Source: Candidatus Bathyarchaeota archaeon
Lineage (GTDB): Archaea; Thermoproteota; Bathyarchaeia; Bathyarchaeales; Bathyarchaeaceae
Assembly: GCA_026967815.1 (NCBI GenBank)
Contig: JAPUUO010000002.1
Location: forward strand, 1-53,782
Direction of reading: 5' to 3'
DNA length: 53,782 nucleotides
The notes under the pieces are model-generated. The model was not told the DNA's origin and made no database searches. It saw only the letters and a list, made by a program, of their open reading frames with translations. Within the stretch, counting starts at the first letter, position 1, and each line of letters opens with the position of its first letter. A program made the position numbers and the translations under genes. Of the stretch, positions 47,405-53,782 are shown piece by piece.

Positions 47405-48661
47405 TTGAAAATTCGGTTTCTCGGCGGCACAAGAGAAGTTGGAAGATCGGCTCTTCTTGCCATGAGTGAAAACACTAAGATTTTGCTTGATTATGGTGTC
47501 ATGTTTGATCATCAGCCTGGATTTCCAATGCATGTTCAACCCAAGGTTGTTGATGCTGTTGTTATGACACATAGTCATCTTGATCATTCTGGAGCTATTC
47601 CTGTTTTTCACATACATGAGAAGATACCAGTATTTGGGACGAAGCTTTCATTCGATTTGGTTCAGCTTTTGATTTCGGACTTTATTCACCTGTCAGGTTA
47701 TTATCTTCCTTTCGAATATATTGAGCTACAAACAATGCTACGTAGTTGTGTGCACCTTGATTACAGAGAGCAGAAAGCTGTTGGGGATGTTCAGATTCAA
47801 CTTTTAGACGCTGGTCACCTGCCTGGAAGTGCCCAAATACTGGTAGAGGCCGAGGGAAAAAGGCTGCTTTACACAAGTGACTACAATCTAACCGAAACCC
47901 GTCTTCTTCATGGAGCAGACAAGGAATATGGTGAACTTGATGCATTAATCATAGAAAGCACCTATGCAGATGAAGTTCATCCAGATAGGAATGCTTCAGA
48001 AAAGGAGTTTGTAGAAAACCTGAGAGAAGTTGTAGAGAATGGCGGAACAGTTCTTGTTCCAGCTTTTGGCGTTGGACGTTCCCAAGAAATAGTATGTATA
48101 CTTGCAGCCCACCATTTCGACCACTTAGTCACCATCGATGGAATGACCCGAAAGACCAATCGCATTCTGATGGACCACACATCCTTTCTGCGAGATCCCC
48201 GTTTGTTTATGGACGCGGTTCACTCTGCCACTTGGGTGGAAGGCTGGCGTGACAGAAGAAAAGCTCCAAAAAAGCCAGGCGTTATCGTATCGCCAGCCGG
48301 AATGCTAAAGGGGGGTCCAGCAGCTTTTTATGTGCAAAAGCTTGGAAAGAAGAGCCGAAACGCCATATTTCTCGTAAGCTATCAGATTCCAGGAACTCCT
48401 GGACGAGAATTGATGGAGAAGGGGCGATGTGTCATTGACGGAAAGATGCAAAAGGTAAAAGCCAAAGTTGAAAGATTCGATTTTTCGTCCCATTGTGGAG
48501 CCAGCGAACTTCAAGAGACGGTGAAGAGGCTAGAGGGGAATCCTAAAGTGTACGTAGTGCACGGTGCAGAAGGGAATTGCACGCGATTTGCCAAGTGGGT
48601 AAAGAAAGAGGTGGGATTTGAAGCATCAGCACCAAGATCTGGAGATACTTTCACAATTTAA
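47405..48661 (+). CDS. MBL-fold beta-CASP ribonuclease (aCPSF-like, no KH domains)
   Basis: FLGGTREVGRS, THSHLDHSG, AGHLPGS, ESTY, GRSQE, FSSHC, VVHG. Confidence 0.92.
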   Translation: MKIRFLGGTREVGRSALLAMSENTKILLDYGVMFDHQPGFPMHVQPKVVDAVVMTHSHLDHSGAIPVFHIHEKIPVFGTKLSFDLVQLLISDFIHLSGYYLPFEYIELQTMLRSCVHLDYREQKAVGDVQIQLLDAGHLPGSAQILVEAEGKRLLYTSDYNLTETRLLHGADKEYGELDALIIESTYADEVHPDRNASEKEFVENLREVVENGGTVLVPAFGVGRSQEIVCILAAHHFDHLVTIDGMTRKTNRILMDHTSFLRDPRLFMDAVHSATWVEGWRDRRKAPKKPGVIVSPAGMLKGGPAAFYVQKLGKKSRNAIFLVSYQIPGTPGRELMEKGRCVIDGKMQKVKAKVERFDFSSHCGASELQETVKRLEGNPKVYVVHGAEGNCTRFAKWVKKEVGFEASAPRSGDTFTI

Positions 48662-48671
48662 GGGCTCCATC

Positions 48672-49214
48672 ATGCGGATAGCCATTTTGCGGATTGGAAC
48701 AATAGATGAGAGTATCCAAAAGAAGATTCTGATCGGGTTAAAGGAAATCTATCCAGAGAATGAGTGCTTCATTCTCGACAAGATTATGCCGATTCCCACA
48801 GACGCATACAATCAGGCACGAGAGCAATTCCATTCGACTCATATCTTGGGAAAAATCGGCAATTATGTTAGGCAAACTCAAGTCGACTGCGTATTAGGGG
48901 TGACGTCAGTTGACCTTTATGTGTCCAATCTTAGCTTTGTCTTCGGAGAAGCCACGTGCCCAGGAAAAATTGCCATCATCTCGTTGTTTCGCCTTCGACC
49001 AGAATTTTGTGGACAGCCAGCCAACCGCGAAGTTTTGGTTGAGCGTTGTGTCAAAGAGGCCGTGCATGAGATTGGTCACACGTTAGGTTTGAAGCATTGC
49101 CAAAATCCTATTTGCGTCATGTTCTTCTCTAACTCTATCCTCGATACCGACAGGAAAAGGCGAACTTTTTGCGAAAAATGCCATTCAAAAGTTGTAAAGC
49201 TCTTACGACGCTAA
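48672..49214 (+). CDS. amzA: Archaemetzincin family Zn-dependent protease
   Basis: HEIGHTLGLKHCQNPICVM...FCEKC. Confidence 0.93.
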   Translation: MRIAILRIGTIDESIQKKILIGLKEIYPENECFILDKIMPIPTDAYNQAREQFHSTHILGKIGNYVRQTQVDCVLGVTSVDLYVSNLSFVFGEATCPGKIAIISLFRLRPEFCGQPANREVLVERCVKEAVHEIGHTLGLKHCQNPICVMFFSNSILDTDRKRRTFCEKCHSKVVKLLRR

Positions 49215-49405
49215 ACTTCCCGTATCTCGCATCCCAGTTTCTTGATAATTTCCTCGGCTTGTGATGGCTTCACTTTCAAAGTGTAGAGTTGCTTGGATGT
49301 TCGAAGTTTAAGTTTCACGATATCCTCCAATCTTTTAATGGCGCAGTAGTCAGCACGCTCGGCAATTTCCAAGAATTTTTCTGTGGCAAAGATTTCTGTG
49401 GGCAT
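49211..49405 (-). CDS. rpl38e: Ribosomal protein L38e (eL38)
   Basis: MPTEI...FLEIAER...VKLKLRTSKQLYTLKV matches the eL38 pattern KFKVRCSRYLYTL. Confidence 0.85.
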   Translation of the reverse strand: MPTEIFATEKFLEIAERADYCAIKRLEDIVKLKLRTSKQLYTLKVKPSQAEEIIKKLGCEIREV

Positions 49406-49667
49406 AAGGTTTCAGCCTCGTTTAGAATGACACTGCAGATTACTCTGTTTTATCTGTTTTGGTTAAGGCTAAATCATAAGTGCCGCTTTTGGATTTTTCA
49501 GACGAGACGGTCTCAATGGTTAAACAATCCTACTGACGTTGATAATGGAGGAAAGGTTATTCCAACATGTTTGGAGTGGATAATAACTATGATTCTGAAT
49601 ACCGATTTTGATTTCATAACTCTTTTTTGCTTCAAGGAAGCTTATGAAACAGCAAGTAGGGTAGATA

Positions 49668-50135
49668 GTGACTAGAATGAAAGTTCATCTTCTCCTTCTG
49701 TTCTACCTTCTTTTGAGTATATCCATCCTCAGCATTAGTGCAGTTGAAGCTGTTTCTCGAACAATTTCTGTGGATGCTGGGAAAGAGGAAGTTGAAACCT
49801 TCAGTTTAAAGGTAGAAGATGAGGTCAAAGGAAGAATAAGCGTTATTGGCGGCGCGAGCAACGACATTGATTTCTATATCACCGATCCGAATGGAGAAGC
49901 TGTTGTGCCGAAAGAGAGAGTAAGTGTCCAGGATTTTCGCTTTACAGCTTCGAGAGAAGGCATCCATAAGCTCCACTTTGATAATTCTTTTTCAACAGAG
50001 CGAAAGACAGTAACTTTCAACTATGACGTTCGTCACTACATTTTTGGAATCCCTCAAGAAGACTTCCTAGTGTTTGTGATTATGATTGTTGCAGTGATCG
50101 GCCTCATATTGTTTGCAGCAATGTCCCGCCCGTGA
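49668..50135 (+). CDS. emp24/gp25L/p24 (GOLD domain) type I membrane protein
   Basis: Signal peptide, DIDFYITDPNG and LHFDNSFST...KTVTF motifs, C-terminal TM. Confidence 0.8.
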   Translation: MTRMKVHLLLLFYLLLSISILSISAVEAVSRTISVDAGKEEVETFSLKVEDEVKGRISVIGGASNDIDFYITDPNGEAVVPKERVSVQDFRFTASREGIHKLHFDNSFSTERKTVTFNYDVRHYIFGIPQEDFLVFVIMIVAVIGLILFAAMSRP

Positions 50136-50433
50136 AACTAATGCAATAGCCTTAATATCTGCGGAGAGAAGAGGCCCTTTTAACCTGAACCGAGTCAACA
50201 CCCATTATTTGCTTGGATTTGCGCATACGCGCGGGTGACTCAAGGTTCTGTGAGCCTCCTCTTCCACAGGCGGCGTGGCCAGAAAAACCTTAAATCATTA
50301 TAGGTTGTGTTTTGGCAATGACATAAAACTTCTGGTGCACCTACACCTTCAATTCATCACCCTTTAGCGCGAAAACTCCCCGCGATTTTTCGCCTGGCAA
50401 ACTGACTACTAGGTTAAGTGATCAAGAATCAGT

Positions 50434-50511
50434 TGGTGGGCCGGGCCGGATTTGAACCAGCGACCTTCTGCACGTCAAGCAGATGTCCTAACCGTGCTAG
50501 ACTACCGGCCC
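50434..50511 (-). tRNA. tRNA-Val(GAC), encoded CCA, no intron
   Basis: GGGCCGG/CCGGCCC acceptor stem, anticodon arm TCTGC-TTGACGT-GCAGA, TTCAAAT T-loop, 3' ACCA. Confidence 0.96.
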
Positions 50512-50600
50512 TCTCAGTCAAATCTCTTACACGAATATTTTGCTTATTAAGTTTGTAGTTTGCTTTTTGCACTTTCCTTGTAGAAAAGGGATGTTGAAAA

Positions 50601-51965
50601 CTACTTTGTGATAACGTTCAGTTCGCTAATGACCACTTTTGGTGCGATAAATGTTCCAACCTGACGGGTTTCTTTGCCTAGGGCTGAAATTTGTTTCAGC
50701 ATGTCGTAGACGTTTCCTGCAATCATTACGTTCTTAACCGCGTGGGTCATTTTGCCCTGTTGGATTCTCCATGCTGGGGCTAGTGCTACTGAGAATTCTC
50801 CGGTTTCTGGGTTTGATTGGTGAGCGCCTTGAACGTTTCGCACGTAGTATCCGTTCTTTGCTTCCTCTAGCAATTCTTCTTCTGTGAACGTGCCAGCCTT
50901 GAGCTGTATGTTAGTCGGGCTTATGTTTGGAATTGTCCCATACGGTGGAAGACTTAGGCCCCCTCCGCCTCTGCCTGCGTTTCCAGTGCTTTCTTTGCCT
51001 TCAAGCCTTGCCCAGTAATTATTGTAAAGGAAGCCGCGTAGAATTCCCTCTTCAATGATTGGAGTTTTTTGTCTCGGTACGCCTTCCATATCCATTTTTC
51101 CAGAGCGTAGTCCTCCGGGCAGTGTTCCATTGTCGTATATTGTGAGGTTTTCTCCTGCAACTTTCTTGCCGACTTTGTTCTGGAAAATGCTTCTTCCTCG
51201 AGCAACGTTATCGCCTCTGACCGACTGAACCAGCGTGAAGGTTAAGATTGATTGCAAGGCGAATTGGTCAAGTAGTATGGGAAACCGCCCAGCTTCGGCG
51301 CTTCCAACGTTGATGGCGTCTATCGCGAGCCCGGCGGCCTTTGTAGCTACCCATTTCGGGTTGGGCTCATATCTTCGTGAAGCCTTGAACTCGAAGCACA
51401 TGGGTGACACTTGGGTTTTAGAGCGTGCCATTGTACCGAGCGCACAGACTAAACTCGTTCCTTTGTCTTCTGCCTTCACACCTTGATTGTTGAGGCATAT
51501 GCCCTCGGAGATTGTGACTTCAGCTCCTCCGAACGCTGGTAGAACCCGCTTGTCTATGTCATATGCTGTTTTTATCATTGTTTGGCAAAGAAGAACAGCT
51601 TCATCTGACGTGAATTGTGCAATTTTGTTGTCGTAAGTGTTTCTTACAGTCGGATAACCATGTTTTTCTGGAAGCTGCTTCCAGTTTTCGTCTTTGGGAC
51701 TTGCTTTGCTGGCTCCAACTGCTCGTTTGACAGTCGCCTCTGCCTCTTTCTGTGCGAGTATGTTCGTGAAGGCGAATCCAAGTTTTTTGTTGGTTATTGT
51801 TCGAACTGCAAGTCCGCTGTCCATAACGTCGCTGCACGTTTTGATTTCTGCTCTTTCGATTTCTACGCCGATTGCGCGGCGAACAACAATTAACGCTTCT
51901 ACCTCTTTGGCGCCCAGTTTCTCGGCTGATCTTAAGACTTTTTCACACAGCTCTGTGTAGTCCAT
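50601..51965 (-). CDS. TldE/PmbA family protein
   Basis: DMEGVP, STGNA, NPETGEFS; lacks HExxxH. Confidence 0.92.
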   Translation of the reverse strand: MDYTELCEKVLRSAEKLGAKEVEALIVVRRAIGVEIERAEIKTCSDVMDSGLAVRTITNKKLGFAFTNILAQKEAEATVKRAVGASKASPKDENWKQLPEKHGYPTVRNTYDNKIAQFTSDEAVLLCQTMIKTAYDIDKRVLPAFGGAEVTISEGICLNNQGVKAEDKGTSLVCALGTMARSKTQVSPMCFEFKASRRYEPNPKWVATKAAGLAIDAINVGSAEAGRFPILLDQFALQSILTFTLVQSVRGDNVARGRSIFQNKVGKKVAGENLTIYDNGTLPGGLRSGKMDMEGVPRQKTPIIEEGILRGFLYNNYWARLEGKESTGNAGRGGGGLSLPPYGTIPNISPTNIQLKAGTFTEEELLEEAKNGYYVRNVQGAHQSNPETGEFSVALAPAWRIQQGKMTHAVKNVMIAGNVYDMLKQISALGKETRQVGTFIAPKVVISELNVITK

Positions 51966-53342
51966 TCAAGCACCTCCTACGAGTATGCTCTTAACTCGGA
52001 GCGGCGGTCCTCCAGAAGACTCAAACATGTATTGACCCTTTCCACAACGTCCCATTTCCAAGTCGAAGTCTTTTCCGCAGGCATCAACCTGCTTTAGAGT
52101 TTCAAGAGTGTTTCCGGAGATCCCGATGTTTCGAACGGGTTTCCCCAGCTCTCCGTTTACAATTTCGAAGGCGCTTTGTACACCAACCGTGAAGGTGCCG
52201 TCTAGATTTGCCTGTCCGCCTCGAAAAGCTTCAAGGTAGTAGCCATACTTCACGTCTTCCAGAAGCTCTTCGAATGTGTAGTCACCCTTTTCGAAGCATG
52301 TGTTTCGCATCCTTATAATTGGTGGATAACGAAAGTCTTGTGCTCGAGCGTTTCCAGTCGGAGTCGCATTCATTTTGGCTGCGGTTTCGCGATTGTGCAT
52401 TAACCCTACGAGTGTGCCATCTTCAATCAGGATTGATTTCTGACCCAGCACGCCTTCGTCATCGTACTTTATGGCTCCAAATCCTTCAGGTATAAGAGCC
52501 GAATCATAAATTGTAACCTTTTCACTTGCGATCTTTTGTCCAAGTTTACCCATTAAGGCGCTTCCCGCAAGTGTTAAATCAGCTTCGCAAATGTGACCTA
52601 GAGCCTCATGGGCCAGGACGCCTACGATGTCGGTTCCTATGATGGCTGGAAACGCCCCGCCTTTTGGCGTTTTGGCTTGTAGTTGCTGCACAACTTTCCG
52701 GCTTACTCTTTCAGCAATCTTCTCTGGGGGTTCTGCGGTGAAGAGTTCGTATCCGTGAGCGCCGATTTCGTCCCTGGCACTTGCCATTGCGCCTTTGCTT
52801 TTACCGGTTACCCAACAATAGTTCCACACGAACATTTTCAACTGTTCGATATAAGTGCCTTCTGTTGTGGCCAAAGCTTGCTGAGTGGCGAGATCCGCGT
52901 AGTTTACAGTGACACTTTTAATACGTTTGTCGAAATTGAAGCAAGATTTGTCTACGTTTAGAAGATTTTTGATTTTCGTGGAAATATCGACATTTCTAGG
53001 GTCCTTCTCAAATTCAACACGCGCTTTGTCTTCAACGGTCTCAACTGGCGCCAATTTGACTGGTTCACGAACACTTTGACCTGCTACTTTTGCCATTTTC
53101 AGCGCAGACTTGGCGGCTGTTTCGAGGTTGCTTTGCGCTAGGGAGTTGGTTGTTGAAAAGCCCCAAGCGCCTCTTGCGAGAACCCGAATGGCTGCTCCCT
53201 TTTCGATGGATGACGAAACTGTCTCGACTTGTCCGTCTCTCACGGTTAGGAAAGTGTTGTTGTTTTCTTGTGTCCTGATCTCAGCATAAGAGGCATCTAA
53301 GCCTTTGAGTTTATCTAAAACTGGAGAGAGTATATCTTTCAA
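51966..53342 (-). CDS. tldD: TldD family metalloprotease
   Basis: AHEALGH, YDDEG, TGNARA, RMRNT, CGKGQ; TTG start at 53342. Confidence 0.93.
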   Translation of the reverse strand: MKDILSPVLDKLKGLDASYAEIRTQENNNTFLTVRDGQVETVSSSIEKGAAIRVLARGAWGFSTTNSLAQSNLETAAKSALKMAKVAGQSVREPVKLAPVETVEDKARVEFEKDPRNVDISTKIKNLLNVDKSCFNFDKRIKSVTVNYADLATQQALATTEGTYIEQLKMFVWNYCWVTGKSKGAMASARDEIGAHGYELFTAEPPEKIAERVSRKVVQQLQAKTPKGGAFPAIIGTDIVGVLAHEALGHICEADLTLAGSALMGKLGQKIASEKVTIYDSALIPEGFGAIKYDDEGVLGQKSILIEDGTLVGLMHNRETAAKMNATPTGNARAQDFRYPPIIRMRNTCFEKGDYTFEELLEDVKYGYYLEAFRGGQANLDGTFTVGVQSAFEIVNGELGKPVRNIGISGNTLETLKQVDACGKDFDLEMGRCGKGQYMFESSGGPPLRVKSILVGGA

Positions 53343-53448
53343 GTTGATCCAGCCTGCTATGGTTTTACGAAAAACTCGGTTAATACCCATTTAAACTTTG
53401 CCAGACGCTGCGCAATGCTTAATAGTTTTCTTGTATGGTTTCAGAGTT

Positions 53449-53523
53449 GGGCGGGTAGATCAGCTTGGAATGATCGCGGCGTTGGCATCGCCGAGGTCGC
53501 GGGTTCAAATCCCGCCCCGTCCA
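53449..53523 (+). tRNA. tRNA-Ala(GGC), no intron
   Basis: GGGCGGG/CCCGTCC acceptor stem with G3:U70, anticodon arm CGGCG-TTGGCAT-CGCCG, TTCAAAT T-loop. Confidence 0.96.
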
Positions 53524-53710
53524 CGGTCAATGATTGATATCTTGGGCTCATACTCAGCTTATTTTTGGCATAAAACTCGTCTGAATCCTGCTCTGTCTTC
53601 TCTACTAGTAGGCTAATGTAAACCATTCAACCAGCTGTATCATGAACCGTAGCAATCTTTAAGTGTAAGTCCATTTATTTTATTGCTACACCAATAGGGA
53701 AGCGTAGAAA

Positions 53711-53782
53711 ATGAGCAAACTATCCAAAGAGCCAAACGTAATCTTCGTGGGAAGAAAGCCTCCGATGAACTATGTGTTAGGA
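53711..53782 (+). CDS. albA: DNA/RNA-binding protein Alba (5' part only)
   Basis: Not in ORF track: MSKLSKEPNVIFVGRKPPMNYVLG matches the Alba motif (V/I)GKKPxMNYV; runs off the window. Confidence 0.88.
   Translation, partial: MSKLSKEPNVIFVGRKPPMNYVLG

Noticed and set aside
49289..49675. 128-aa plus-strand ORF upstream of the p24-like gene
   Set aside because: It overlaps rpl38e antisense and its promoter and has no motif; I cannot support it as a gene.
50434..53523. tRNA genes as integration sites for an island
   Set aside because: No integrase and no duplicated tRNA 3' end were found; the enclosed tldD/tldE genes are housekeeping.
53398..53626. Two short ORFs at the right end
   Set aside because: Both overlap tRNA-Ala(GGC) and are spurious.
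1..53782. CRISPR arrays, IS elements, defence systems, selenocysteine or pyrrolysine readthrough
   Set aside because: No regularly spaced repeats, transposase or cas motifs, or in-frame stops within conserved domains were seen by eye.

Overview
A 53.8-kb piece of an archaeal core chromosome. Gene content (SmAP3-type Lsm, eL38, bifunctional PGI/PMI, PUA-less archaeosine TGT, Alba, Csl4, DUF99, split methylmalonyl-CoA mutase) points to a TACK archaeon, most plausibly Bathyarchaeia; this placement is inference. It is densely coding, with about 65 CDS and two intron-less tRNAs (Val-GAC, Ala-GGC). I see no CRISPR array, transposase or integrase. Conserved informational clusters: csl4-rpoL-RNaseIII-like-DUF99-tfs-pcn-priL-priS-gins-S27e-aIF2a-nop10-PAC2 and srp54-pus10-L21e-rpoF-DUF655-rsmA-hemK2. 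Most interesting signals: (1) a ferredoxin-TusA-DsrE-IscS-IscU-TRASH operon whose IscS has Asp in place of the PLP-binding Lys; (2) two eukaryote-like secretory-pathway genes, an OSTC/DC2-like protein and a p24/GOLD protein; (3) two genes with no canonical start codon, against heavy TTG start use; (4) L44e missing from its usual slot, with a possible remnant; (5) a perfect operator-like palindrome before an ECF-S/DUF4430 pair; (6) structured intergenic regions and a recurrent CGCGCG-containing 3' motif. Family assignments come from motif recognition by eye, not from database searches.
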